Positions 50,966-62,329 of a stretch of DNA of 64,000 nt are shown piece by piece; the stretch's first letter is position 1, and every line of letters begins with the position of its first letter. Origin of the DNA: Heterodontus francisci (taxonomy: Eukaryota); the NCBI RefSeq assembly GCF_036365525.1, contig NC_090378.1, forward strand, positions 115,615,593 through 115,679,592. The letters are read 5' to 3'. The notes beneath the pieces were generated by a model. That model searched no databases. It was not told the DNA's origin and worked only from the letters and a program-made list of their open reading frames with translations. Position numbers and translations under genes: made by a program.

Positions 50966-51302
50966 TTTCCAAACACTCCCAAGACATTTACTGAATATTC
51001 TTAATGTTTATTACCTTTTACAGATTTACATTTACAGAAAAAAGACTTGAATAAACAGCCCAGCGAGAGGTAGCTGGAGAAATTCACAGGGAGAATGAAG
51101 GTTTATTAAAACAGTTGTGGAGACTTTCTCAATAACATGAGAATCCTGTCGCTTTAAACAGAGACTAAACTTTAAATTGTAACTGCAGAGTGAGCAGGAA
51201 GGAGGTCTGGTTTACTGAAGCGGCGACTTCTGAGGTTCACATTATTTTAGCTCAGCTGACAGTCTTCAGCATCTTAGAGAGGTTTTACTTGACAGCACGA
51301 GT

Positions 51303-51872
51303 CTACATTGTCCAATCAAACACTCCCAGGGCAGGTACAGTACGGGTTAGATACAGAATAAAGCTCCCTCTACATTGTCCAATCAAAAACTCCCAGGGCA
51401 GGTACAGTACGGGTTAGATACAGAGTAAAGATCCCTCTACACTGTTCCAATCAAACACTCCCAGGGCAGGTACAGTACGGGTTAGATACAGAGTAAAGCT
51501 CCCTCTACATTGTCCAATCAAACACTCCCAGGGCAGGTACAGTACGGGTTAGATACAGAGTAAAGCTCCCTCTACATTGTCCAATCAAACACTCCCAGGG
51601 CAGGTACAGCACGGGGTTAGATACAGAGTAAAGCTCCCTCTACACTGTCCCCATCAAACACTCCCAGGGCAGGTACAGTACGGGTTAGATACAGAATAAA
51701 GCTCCCTCTACATTGTCCAATCAAACACTCCCAGGGCAGGTACAGCACGGGTTAGATACAGAGTAAAGATCCCTCTACACTGTCCCCATCAAACACTCCC
51801 AGGGCAGGTACAGCACGGGTTAGATACAGAGTAAAGCTCCCTCTACATTGTCCCCATCAAACACTCCCAGGA
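51303..51872. repeat. 67/68-bp minisatellite (~8.5 copies): GGGTTAGATACAGAGTAAAGCTCCCTCTACACTGTCCCCATCAAACACTCCCAGGGCAGGTACAGTAC
   Basis: Direct periodicity, e.g. gttagatac at 51346 and 51413. Confidence 0.95.
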
Positions 51873-51914
51873 CAAGCACATGAAGGGCAGCTCTTTAGAT
51901 GGAATTTTCCTCCC

Positions 51915-51920
51915 TTTATT
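51915..51920 (-). terminator. Probable polyadenylation signal (AATAAA) of the light-chain transcript
   Basis: tttatt on the + strand; first canonical minus-strand AATAAA seen, ~370 nt 3' of the C-exon stop codon. Confidence 0.7.
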
Positions 51921-52030
51921 CACACCACATTACAAAACTGAATCACTTTCCCCTAAGCCCCTGCCTGAGATGACTGATGGTGACCAGATGGCAATCGAAG
52001 CTCCCAGACGCTGTGCAGGAAAAAAAAATG

Positions 52031-52135
52031 AGTTAGATACAGAGTAAAGCTCCCTCTACACTGTCCCATCAAACACTCCCAGGGCAGGTACAGTACGGGT
52101 TAGATACAGAGTAAAGCTCCCTCTACACTGTCCCA
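52031..52135. repeat. ~1.5 further copies of the 67-bp minisatellite inside the predicted light-chain 3' UTR
   Basis: Same unit as 51303-51872. Confidence 0.9.
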
Positions 52136-52290
52136 ATTTCGAGCCTTAACCCCTGATCCTCAGAAGTGTCTCAGACCCAGTCACGAGAAGGAAGAGAGTT
52201 GAAATTCCGTGCTGACAATGACCTTTATCCTCCCAGCTCACCCCTGTTATATTTAAAGTTGTGTCTCCTCTGCGGACTGTCTCTAACACT

Positions 52291-52619
52291 CTACACACAT
52301 TCTGATCTGCTCACACTCTTACTGAGGGGAGAGGACAGGGTCTCGTGGGTGAGGGCACAGGAGAAGCGGGCGTTGGACTCCCAGTCAGAGCCAGAGATGG
52401 TCAGCAGGCTGCTGACACTGTAGGTGCTGTCCGAAGCTCGCAGGTAGTTGCTGGTCTGAACCCCGGCCGAAATGGCTGCACCATCCTTCTTCCACTCCAC
52501 CCCCACTTCATCGGGATAGAAGTGATCGGCAAGGCACAACAGGGTGGCAGTGCCCTTGGCCTTGACCTCCTCTGGGGAGGGGGGCATCAGGGTCAGTGTG
52601 GGTTGAGACTTCTTTTGGC
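52291..52619 (-). CDS. IGKC: Immunoglobulin light-chain constant exon, kappa type (shark type III / NS4-like)
   Basis: Polypyrimidine tract and acceptor ttctctttcag|gc; translates (S)QKKSQPTLTLMPPSPEEVKAKGTATLLCLADHFYPDEVGVEWKKDG...YSVSSLLTISGSDWESNARFSCALTHETLSSPLSKSVSRSECV*. C1-set Cys/Trp/Cys, FYP motif, penultimate Cys for the H-L disulfide. Phase-1 splice is in frame with the J at 60243-60277. Kappa assignment rests on recalled similarity to shark NS4/type III and on the J-23-RSS configuration. Confidence 0.95.
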
Positions 52620-52784
52620 CTGAAAGAGAAGAGAAAAACTGTTAATCACTGCATGTTTGTGTGCTTTGTGTGTATTTTTGCATGTTGTGTACATATTTGT
52701 GCATTCCCTTTGTATATTTGTGTGTTTGTGTTCCTATCTGTGGGATCTGTGTGCATATTTGCGTGTTCTGTGTATATATTGTTT

Positions 52785-55700
52785 TTTTTATTCATTCATG
52801 GGATGTGGGCGTCACTGGCTAGGCCAGCATTTATTGCCCATCCCTAATTGCCCTTGAGAAGGTGGTGATAAGCTGCCTTCTTGAACTGCTGTAGTCCGTG
52901 TGGTGTAGGTACACCCACAGTGCTGTTAGGAAGGGAGATCCAGGATTTTAACCCAGCGACAGTGAAGGAACGGCGACATAGTTCCAAGTCAGGATGGTGT
53001 GTGACTTGGACAGGAACATATAGGTGGTGATGTTCCCATGCATCTGCTGCTCTTGTCCTTTGAGGTGATAGAGGTCGCGTGTTTGGAAGGTGCTGTCGAA
53101 AGAGCCTTGGTGCATCTTATTTATTTATTTTTATTTGGAGATACAGCACTGAAACAGGCCCTTCGGCCCACCGAGTCTGTGCCAACCAACAACCACCCAT
53201 TTATAATAACCCTGCAGTAATCCCATATTCCCTACCACCTACCTGCACTAGGGACAATTTACAATGTCCAATTTACCTATCAACCTGCAAGTCTTTGGCT
53301 GTGCGAGGAAACCGGAGCACCCAGCGGAAACCCATGCGGTTACAGGGAGAACTTGCAAACTCCGCACAGGCAGTACCCAGAATCGAACCCGGGTCCCTGC
53401 AGCTGTGAGGCTGCGGTGCTTACCACTGCGCCACTGTGCCGCCCAGTGCATCTTGTAGATGGTACACACTGCTATCACTGTGCGTCGGTGGTGGAGGGAG
53501 TGAATGTTTGTGGATGGTGTGCCAATCAAGTGGGCTGGTGTCGAGCTTCTTGAGTGTTGTTGGAGCTGCACCCATCCAGGCAAGTGGAGAGTATTCCATC
53601 ACACTCCTGACTTGTGCCTCGTAGATGGTGAACAGTCTTTGGGGAGTCAGGAGGTGAGTTACTCGCCGCAGGATTCCTAGCCTCTGACCTGCTCTTGTAG
53701 CTACGGTATTTATATGGCTATTCCAGTTCAGTTTCTGGTCAATGGTAACCCCTAGGATATTGATAGAGTGGGATTCAGCGATAGTAATGCCATTAAATGT
53801 CAAGGGGAGATGGTTAGATTCTCTCATGTTGGAGATGGTCATTGCCTGGCACTTGTGTGGCGCGAATGTTACTTTCCACTTATCAGCCCAAGCCTGGATA
53901 TTGTCCAGGTCTTGCTGCATTTCTACACTGACTGCTTCAGTATCTGAGGAGTCACAAATGGTGCTGAACATTGTGCAATCATCAGCGAACATCCCCATTT
54001 CTCACCTTATGATTGAAGGAAAGTCATTGATGAAGCAGCTGAAGATGGTTGGGCCGAGGACACTACCCTGAGGAACTCCTGCAGTGATGTCCTGGAGCTC
54101 AGATGATTGACATCCAACAACACAACCATCTTCCGTTACACTAAGTATGACTCCAACCAGCAGAGGGTTTTCCGCCTGTTTCCCATTGACTTCAGTTTTG
54201 CTCGGGCTCCTTGATGCCATGCTCGATCCAATGCTGCCTTGATGTCAAGGGCAGTCACTCTCACCTCACCTCTTGAGTTCAGCTCTTTTGTCCATGTTTG
54301 AACCAAGGCTGTAATGAGGTCAGGAGCTGAGTAGCCCTGGCGGAACCCAAACAGAGCATCACTGATCAGGTTATCGCGAAGCAAGTGCTGCTTGATGGCA
54401 CTGTTGATGACACCTTCCATCACTTTACTGATGATTGAGAGTAGGCTGATGGGGCGATAATGACTGGGTTGGACTTGTCCTGCTTTTTGTGTACAGGACA
54501 TACCTGGGCAATTTTCCACATTGCCGGGTAGATGCCAGTGTTTTAGCTGTACTGGAATAGCTTGGCTAGGGGCGCGGCAAGTTCTGGAGCACAGGTCTTC
54601 AGTACTATTGCCGGAATGTTGTCAGGATCCATCGCTTTTGCAGTATCCAGTGCCTTCAGTCGTTTCTTGATATCACGCGGAGTGAATCGAATTGGCTGAA
54701 GTCTGACATCAGTGATGCTGGGGACTTCAGGAGGAGGCCGAGATGAATCATCAACTTCTGGCTGATTGTTGCAAATGCTTCAGCCTTATCTTTCACACTG
54801 ATGTGCTGGGCTCCCACATCATTGAGGATGGGGATATTTGTGGAGTCACCTCCTCCAGTTAGTTGTTTAATTGTCCACCACCATTCATGACTGGATGTGG
54901 CAGGACTGCAGAGCTGAGATCTGATCGTTTGGTTATGGGATCGCTTAGCTCTGTCTATTGCATGCTGCTTACGCAGTTTGGCACGCAGATAGTCCTGTGT
55001 TGTAGCTTCACCAGGTTGACACCTCATTTTGAGGTATGCCTGGTGCTGCTCCTGGCATGCCCTCCTGCACTCTTCATTGAACCAGGGTTGGTCTCCTGGC
55101 TTGATGGTAATGGTAGAGTGGGGGATATGCCGGGCCATGAGGTTACAGATTGTGGTTCAGTACAATTCTGCTGCTGCTGCTGATGGCCCACAGCGCCTTA
55201 TGGATGCCCAGTTTTGCATTGCTAGATCTGTTCGAAATCTATCCCATTTAGCACGGTGGTAGTGCCACACAACACGATGGAGGGTATCCTCAATGTGAAG
55301 ACAGGACCTCGTCTCCACAATGGCTGTGCGGTGGTCACTCCTACCAATACTGTCATGGACAGATGCATCTGCAGCAGGCAGATTGGTGAAGACGAGGTCA
55401 AGTATGTTTTTCCCTCGTGTTGGTTCCCCCACCACCTGCCGCAGACCCAGTCTAGCAGTTATGTCCTTTAGTACTCGGCCTGCTCGGTCAGTAGTGGTGC
55501 TACCGAGCCACTCTTGGTGAAGGACATTGAAGTCCCCCACCCAGAGTACATTTTGTGCCCTTGCCACCCTCAGTGCTTCCTCCAAGTGCTGTTCAACATG
55601 GAGGAATACTGAGTCATCAGCTGAGGGAGGGTGGTAGGTGGGAATCAGTAGGAGGTTACCTTGCCTCTGTTTGACCTGATGCCATGAGACTTCATGGGGT

Positions 55701-55803
55701 CCGGAGTCGATGTTGAGGACTCCCAGGGCAACTCCCTCCCTACTGTTGACCACTGTCCCGCCACCTCTGCCCTGCCGGTGGGACATGACATACCCGGGGA
55801 TAG
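52785..55803 (-). mobile_element. Decayed CR1/L2-group LINE (APE endonuclease plus RT, frameshifted) in the J-C intron
   Basis: Fragments LWVGDFN...PTRGKNILDL...GRSDH (55157-55786), YRPISLLS (54136-54519), GVPQGSVLGP (54002-54220), MFADD (53420-53998); 3' tail CCCATGAATGAATAAAAAAA on the minus strand. Confidence 0.9.
53119..53444 (-). mobile_element. Full-length HE1-type tRNA-derived V-SINE nested in the LINE
   Basis: Minus strand starts GGGCGGCACAGTGGCGCAGTGG (A box), GGTTCGATTC (B box), V-domain-like GGGTTTCCGCTGGGTGCTCCGGTTTCCTC and (TAAA)n tail; flanking direct repeat GTGCATCTT at 53110-53118 and 53446-53454. Confidence 0.9.
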
Positions 55804-56075
55804 TGAGTGGCTAGAGGACATGTAAGAGTTGACCACATTACTGTGGGTCTGGAGTCACATGTCGCCCAGACCAGGTAAGGACAGCAGATTTCCTTCCCTA
55901 AAGGGCATTTTACAACAATCGACATTGGTTTCATGGCCATCATTAGACTAGCTTTTAATTCCAGATTTATTAATTAAATTCAAATTGTGGTGGCATTTGA
56001 ACCCATGTCTCCAGATCAGTACCCTTGGTCTCTGGGTTACTAGTCTAGTGATAATACCACTACGCCACCGCCTCC
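55804..56075 (-). mobile_element. tRNA-derived SINE head and body lacking its own 3' tail, abutting the 5' end of the LINE
   Basis: Minus strand A box TGGCGTAGTGG and B box GGTTCAAATGCC; body GGAAGGAAATCTGCTGTCCTTACCTGGTCTGG...GACTCCAGACCCACAG resembles a common shark SINE. Confidence 0.65.
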
Positions 56076-56707
56076 TGTGTGTATATTGATGTGTTCTGTA
56101 TACGTTTGTGTTTTCTACAAATATTTATTTGTTGTGTGTATATGTGTGTGTTCTGTATATTGTTACAAGAGATTTATTTGTGTACTAAAATCTTAGAATT
56201 CTATGTGTTTTTAAAACTGAAAACAGGATTTCCAGTGGACATGGACACCTGCATCTAGCTGAAATTTTTGGATTCTGACTTTGTATACAAGAATAGGAAA
56301 AGCAAACCGTTTCAAGGAAGCCAGCCGGGGGGGTTTGACCTCCTCAGAGCATCACTTTGAATGACAGTGGATACTCTATGTCTGGTCATGTGATCGGCTC
56401 AGGAAGGTTTACTGACACTTCAGACCCTTTTAAAATCCAATGAGTTAGACAAAAAGCAGGCATTTGAAATGTGGTTGTTGATCTGCCTTGAGATCAAAGT
56501 TGAAGACCAAAAAAGACCTCTCTCTGTAAAGGAAACTTGCATCTCTTGAAAAGAAACCCTGTATTTGAAAGGTGGCAGATTCCGATTGCCTCCTGTCTCT
56601 GAAGAATTCCTGCATCCAGCATGGTTCCTGTTGCCTGCTGTTTTGGGAAATCCTGGAACCTGAAGAAAGCTTCTACTGCAATACTGCTGCTGTGAGCCCG
56701 AAGCAAA

Positions 56708-56900
56708 TTTTAGATTTTATTTTTAGATTTAGAGATACAGCACTGAAACAGGCCCTTCGGCCCACCGAGTCTGTGCCGACCATTAACCACCTATTTATAC
56801 TAATCCTACACTAATCCCATATTCCTACCACATCCTCACCTGTCCCTATATATTTCCCTACCACCTACCTATACAAGGGGCAATTTATAATGGCCAATCT
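56708..56900 (-). mobile_element. HE1-type SINE, 3' fragment
   Basis: gagatacagcactgaaacaggcccttcggcccaccgagtctgtgcc is near-identical to 53137-53183. Confidence 0.85.
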
Positions 56901-57199
56901 ACCCCCCAAACTTGTTGCTACACCCCTGCTGAAAGCCCTATGTGATGCCTGTTGTAGCTGAATTTCCCTGAACACCTACCTATCACAGACTGTTCATCAA
57001 CCTCTCCTGGAGAGACTTTGAGTGGCATCCAATTATTCAACTCTGGGACACCTCATTCAACCGAAGAACTTCCTACCAGAACGTGACAAACTGACTTATT
57101 TTATTATTCCTTCTATTCCTAAGAAACAGCTGTGACCTGTGGAGAAGCGGGACTGAATTAATAGTGTATTTCTCCCACCTTGGTCGGAACAATATCTAT

Positions 57200-57510
57200 T
57201 ATTTGGTTCTTCCTGTATTTGTCTGTTCTTTGTATATTTATGTGTTTCAGTATATATTTGTGTTATCTGTGTGCATTTTTGTGTTCTGTGTCTATGTTTC
57301 TGTGTTCTCTGTATATTTTTGTACGTTTTGTGTGCATATTAGTGTGTTCTGCATGTATATTTGTGTGTTTTGCGTGTATGTGTGTTATCGCTCGATATTT
57401 GTGTGTATATTTCTGTGTCATGTGTGTTTGTGTGTTCTATGTTTATTTGTGTGTTTTGAGTCTATTTGAGTGGTCTATGTATATGTTCGTCTGTGTCTCT
57501 CTGTGGGTGT
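57200..57510. repeat. TG/T-rich low-complexity sequence
   Basis: Degenerate (TG)n/(TGTA)n; similar tracts at 52655-52785 and 56076-56160. Confidence 0.8.
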
Positions 57511-57967
57511 TTCTACATTGGAATTCACATTGGATAACAGACAGCTGGGTTGATGAACTCCTGTTTGTGTTTAACCATTTGAGGTGAGAATCACTAATTC
57601 TTGATTTCCTTCTGTTTTGCCTTGCTTGCTAAGTTTAGTCTAAATATAAATACATTGAATCGTTTGATGTTCAGGTGGTTAAATCGTGTTGGACAGTTTT
57701 TAAAATCTGTAATGAAGAGTTACCACCAATTCAGCACTGAAATGGTTATAGTAAGAGTGTTTAAAGACTCAGTGTCCCTTTCAGACACTGTTAACCTGAC
57801 AGGAAGCTCGAACTATAGATCAGTCTATCTGGAGGAAACAGGCTCAGTGTTAACAAATCTCAGATCACACATACACATCGGGAGAACTTTCTCTGAGAAC
57901 ATTGGAGCAGACTTGTATCAACACACTTCAGAAATAACAACAACCAAAACAATAACTTGTATTTATA

Positions 57968-58237
57968 TGTGGTGTGATTGCTTTTAAGAGTAATGTACCT
58001 TTAAGATCTTAATATGCAAATGAGCTGAGTACCAGGATACAGTCATGTGCCTACATGCCAGTCTCACTCTGCAACTGTAACTCCAGGAGGCAGCTTCTGT
58101 AAATAGTTAGCTCTGTGCTGCATATAATAGTTAGCTGTTAATAAACCTGTTTGAGATCTTCAACAGCCAGAACTCCACATACCTCATTAATGTTGCATCA
58201 GACAACATAAAAAGCTTCTCATTACATGGTGGCAGCT
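57968..58237 (+). mobile_element. LTR-like sequence followed by a primer-binding-site-like motif (Gypsy-type remnant)
   Basis: Ends ...CATTACA (58226), immediately followed by TGGTGGCAGC; internal AATAAA at 58140-58145; GTAATG near the start is an imperfect inverted terminus. 5' boundary uncertain (57968-57990). Confidence 0.55.
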
Positions 58238-58709
58238 GTGATGCATAGCATCTTTAATGTAATCAAACATCTCAATGTGCTTCACAGGAGCATTATAAAA
58301 CAGAAATATGACACTAAGCCACAAATGGAGATAAAGGAGGAAGATGATGAGCAGATGAGCTGAGCAGGGACACAGTCGTGTGATGTTACTGCGGTGGAAA
58401 TAGGGGGTCTTAGTGATGGCCGGAACATGAGGTCAGAAATATGACACCAAGGCTGTGAACAGTCTGGTTTAGTCTCAGACGGGGGAGAAGGATGGAGGGA
58501 TGGAGAAGGGTTGGATGTCAGGGTAGAAGGTTCTAGATTTCAGTTAAAACCTTCCTGCCCAGCACTGGGGTGAGGTCAAGGGTGAGGCTATAATTAGTCT
58601 CAGTGTACTGGGGTCAGGCAGGGTCACTGCTCCGAATGATCCCATGACCCCTGGAAGGTGAGAGTGTGCGGACAATGGGCGAGGGTCAGGATCAGGAGCC
58701 TCCAACCTC

Positions 58710-59097
58710 AAAGAAAGACTTGCATTTCTATATCGCCTGTCACCACCTCAGGATATCCCAAAGTGCTTTATGGCTGATTGTACAAAGCAAGATTCCAGAC
58801 AGCTGAGTGATATTGAGCAGATAATCTGATTTTCAGTGCCGTTGGTTGAATGATAAACATTGTCCAGAACACCGAGGAGAACTCCCCTGCTCTTCTAATA
58901 GTGCAGTGGGATCCTTTACATTCACCTGAGAGGGCAGACGTCAGTTTGTCTCATCTGAAAGACAGCACCTCTGACAGTGCAGCACTCCCTCAATACTGCA
59001 CTGCAGTGTCAGCCTGGATTATGTGCTCCAGTCTCTGGAGTGGGACTTGAAGCCACAACATTCTGACTCAGAGGTGAGAGTGTTACCCACTGAGACA
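58710..59097 (-). mobile_element. DeuSINE-family (SacSINE1/AmnSINE-like) SINE, degenerate
   Basis: gaaagacagcacctctgacagtgcagcactccctcaatactgcactg...gtgtcagcctggattatgtgctc resembles the Deu domain; related 3' fragment at ~59505-59715. Confidence 0.65.
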
Positions 59098-60242
59098 ACA
59101 CTAAAACCTCACAGTCGAATAGCCTGCCATTCTCAACCTCCCGGCTCACACTTGGAGGAATGAGGCCACTTGGGGAGGGTGGAGCTGTGACCCAGCCAGA
59201 GATAGTGCCTTCAGGAGAGAGATGGAGAGCAGATTGCGGGAGACCTGTAGTCTAGAGGGGTGACATTTAACCAGTCGATGGCAGGTGCTGAGCCCTTTCC
59301 CCGTAAGTATTATGTAAGTCGATGGGGAAAGTGGGAGGGGCACTAGAGTAACACCTTTGTTGCTGCTGAAACTCTTGCTATCTGCTCAGTCATGTCTAAT
59401 AAACACACAGACAAATCAGACAAACATTAGTCAGTTTTCTGTGGATTTTCTGCTGGGTTCAGCTTTAATTAACTGGGGTATTGTGGGAGCTCCCGGTTAA
59501 TAAAAAGAAAAGAAAGACTTGTATTTATATCGAGTATTTCACACCTCAGGACCTCCCAAAGTCATTTACAGACAATGAAGGACTTGTTTAAAGAGCAGTC
59601 ACTGTTGGAATGTAGGAAATGTGGCAGACAATTTGTGCACAGCAAGATCCCACAAACAGCAATGAGGTAAATGAACATTTTTAGCAATGTCAGTTCAGAG
59701 ATAAATATCGGCTGAACTCGACCCAAAGACAAAGCAACTGAGAGTCTCCCCAAAACCCTGGAACACTGAAGCCACTGGATTGCGAGCCCTGCTGTCACTG
59801 TTTGTCATCAGAACTTTGACAAGAGATAAGCAGGGAGTGGACAGAACAGAGTTAAAGCTGGGGAAGGTGGGACCTCGGTGTCTCACTGTGCTGGTGCTGA
59901 GATCAGTTATATCAGAGACTGTGACAGAGACCCAGAGCTCACACTGAGACTGGCAGGAGTCTAGTGAGGGATTTCACTCCATGGAGCAGGAATGTGACCA
60001 CAGTCTGCAAACGTCCAGATCTCCTCTACACACTCGGTAAAAGTTGGTTACTTATATCTTGTTGGTTAAAGAGGGAATGTAACTAAAGAAATACAGCTGG
60101 GCACCCTGTTATACACAGTGCTCTTCAATGAACCATTTCATTGACTGCAGCTCCTTACTAACACCTTCCACTATTCAGCATTTGTGTTTTAGAATGTTTC
60201 AGTATTTGAAGGATTAATAACGGAGGATTGGAGTTTACTTAC

Positions 60243-60277
60243 TCAGTCTGAGCTTGGTTCCTTTACCGAACGTAAAC
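60243..60277 (-). CDS. IGKJ: Immunoglobulin kappa-type J segment, germline (unrearranged)
   Basis: Minus strand G TTT ACG TTC GGT AAA GGA ACC AAG CTC AGA CTG A|GTAAGT = FTFGKGTKLRL, with the FGxG motif and a canonical donor at 60237-60242; A+GC gives Ser in frame with the C exon. Confidence 0.95.
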
Positions 60278-60316
60278 CACACTGACAGCTTCCAGTGCAG
60301 GGGCTGTACAATATCC
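60278..60316. other. 23-bp-spacer recombination signal sequence of the J segment
   Basis: On +: heptamer CACACTG (60278-60284), 23-nt spacer ACAGCTTCCAGTGCAGGGGCTGT, nonamer ACAATATCC (60308-60316); consensus is CACAGTG/ACAAAAACC. Confidence 0.92.
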
Positions 60317-60319
60317 TCT

Positions 60320-60635
60320 GCTCTCTGTTTCACTCACTCACTCTCACCCTCTCTCTGTCTCTCACTGTCACTGTGTGTCTCTCTCTGTGTATCTTTACCT
60401 GTGGCTGTGTATGTCTGTCCCTTTGTATCTGTCTCTGTCTTTCTGTGTGCTTCTCACTGTCTACGCCTTGGTGAGGGTGTGCTTCTATCTTTCTCTTTCT
60501 CTGTTGCTCTCGGTGTGTTTCACTCTGTCTCTGCTTCTTTGTGTTTCTCTCACATTCTGTTCCTCTCTTACTGTTTTCCCGTACTCTGTCTCTTTCTCTC
60601 TCTCAGTTTCTCTCACTCTCTTTCTCTGTCTCTTA
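60320..60635. repeat. CT/TG-rich low-complexity tract
   Basis: Degenerate (CT)n/(CTGT)n. Confidence 0.8.
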
Positions 60636-60640
60636 ATCTG

Positions 60641-61426
60641 TGGTGAATTTTCCCGGTGCCATGGAGACGGGTTCTGGGTTGGAGGTTGGGGGGACTGGGA
60701 AAAAAGCGGGGAAACGTGTCAACACGGCTCCCTGACACATTCCCGCCTCCGGGTTACTTTCCCCAAGGCGGACTGGGAACCGGGTCAGCTGGCAGCTCCA
60801 TGGAGACGGGCAGACAATTAGAGCAATGAAGGCCCCACTTCGGGGCCGTTTTGAGCCGCTGATGGTATTTTACCAACGTCGGAGCGGCCTCCCCACCCAC
60901 CTCCCCACCCCCGTGTGTGGAAGCCCAGCTCAATGGAGGTGGCTTCCCGGCAGCAGGCCAGAGGACGCTCAGAGACGGAGACTCCATGTCCCAATGACGG
61001 AGCTACAGGGATGAAAAGCGGCAGTCCCGCCTGTGAATAATCCTGTGGTGAGGTTTCCTAACCATAACCCTGACCCTCTTCAACCCAATGGCCCAACTGG
61101 CTTCAGCCCTTTTTATTTTACTATTCCTCTGCAAGCAGCCGAGGAAGTCTTCATGTTGAGGGGCCCTCACTCGCACCTGCCTGTTTCAGCAGGGCCCACC
61201 TCTCCCAGTGGAGCTGCCAGCCTGACATCACTGCGGGCCCTCTGATTGGGCCTACAGGCTCGGGAGCCTGACAGCCATCATTAATAGGACAGCAAGTGCG
61301 GAGGAGACCAATCAGGGGGCTGCCTCCCAGAAGGATGTCCTGGCGAGTGCTGTTGACATGGGCAGGCTCGGGACCCTCATATAGGCCCGACGTCAGTGTC
61401 CCCATGTCCATTGGGAAATCCAGCCA
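60641..61426. mobile_element. Possible non-autonomous DNA transposon (MITE-like) interrupting the CT tract
   Basis: GC/CpG-rich 0.8-kb block with imperfect inverted ends TGGTGAATTTTCCC ... GGGAAATCCAGCCA, between two CT tracts. Confidence 0.35.
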
Positions 61427-61882
61427 TTTCTCTCTCTATCACTCTCTGTATCTCATTCTTGGGCTCTCTCTCTCTGTGCTTCTCTTTCTGTCTCTATCGC
61501 TCACGCTAAGTCTCTCCTTCTCTCTAACTCTGCCTCAATCTGTCTCTCTCACTCTCTCCCTCTGTCTATCTCACTCTCCCACCTCTCTCTCTCTTTCTCT
61601 CACTCTCTCTCTCCAGCTATCTCTGTTGCTCTATCTCTCTCTCTCCCACTGTCTGTTTCTCTCTCTCCCCCCCCCACTCTCACTCTCTCTTTCTCCCACT
61701 GTCTCTGTTTCTCTCTTTCTCTCCCCCACTGTCTCTCTCTCTCTCCCACTTTCTCTGTTTCTCTCTCTCTCCCCCATTGTCTCACTCACTCTCTCTCTTT
61801 CTCTCTCTCCCACTGTCTCTGTTTCTCTCTCTCTCTCCCCCACTGTCTCTCTCTCTCTCCCCCACTGTTGCTGTTTCTCTCA
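61427..61882. repeat. (CT)n-rich microsatellite running into an assembly gap
   Basis: Degenerate CTCTCTCTCCCCCACTGT repeats. Confidence 0.9.
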
Positions 61883-62076
61883 NNNNNNNNNNNNNNNNNN
61901 NNNNNNNNNNNNNNNNNNNNNNNNNNNNNNNNNNNNNNNNNNNNNNNNNNNNNNNNNNNNNNNNNNNNNNNNNNNNNNNNNNNNNNNNNNNNNNNNNNNN
62001 NNNNNNNNNNNNNNNNNNNNNNNNNNNNNNNNNNNNNNNNNNNNNNNNNNNNNNNNNNNNNNNNNNNNNNNNNNNN
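61883..62076. other. Assembly gap (N run)
   Basis: Run of n characters; true size unknown. Confidence 1.
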
Positions 62077-62329
62077 CTCTCTCTCTGTTTGAATTCCATG
62101 CTGCCGTGCTTGGGAAAGTTGGGAATTCTACTTGTCGATGATAAATCTTCCAGCTGCTCTTCCCACCACATCAGATGGAAAAGCCTGGAGCCACTCAATT
62201 CCTGGAAAATGAAAATCTCCCAGCAAACCGAGCTCACCTGCCTGTGCCCTGGAAAAAAGGGGAGGGGTGTTTCTGTAAATGTGATGTCTCTGTTGCTGAC
62301 TCTGCTCTTCCTCATGGACCATTTGAAAA

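Noticed and set aside
53370-53444. tRNA-like A/B boxes
   Set aside because: SINE head rather than a tRNA gene; followed by SINE body, tail and TSD.
50259-53483. Other perfect heptamers (50259, 52916, 53432, 53477)
   Set aside because: All lie inside transposons, and I saw no convincing nonamer where checked. They illustrate the background heptamer frequency.
57164-57587. Hydrophobic, membrane-protein-like ORFs (also 52596-52857, 60254-60821, 61296-62925)
   Set aside because: Translations of TG/CT low-complexity tracts, some spanning the N gap.
60369-60375. CACTGTG in V-RSS orientation just upstream of J
   Set aside because: Within CT/TG low-complexity sequence, with no nonamer and no V coding sequence.
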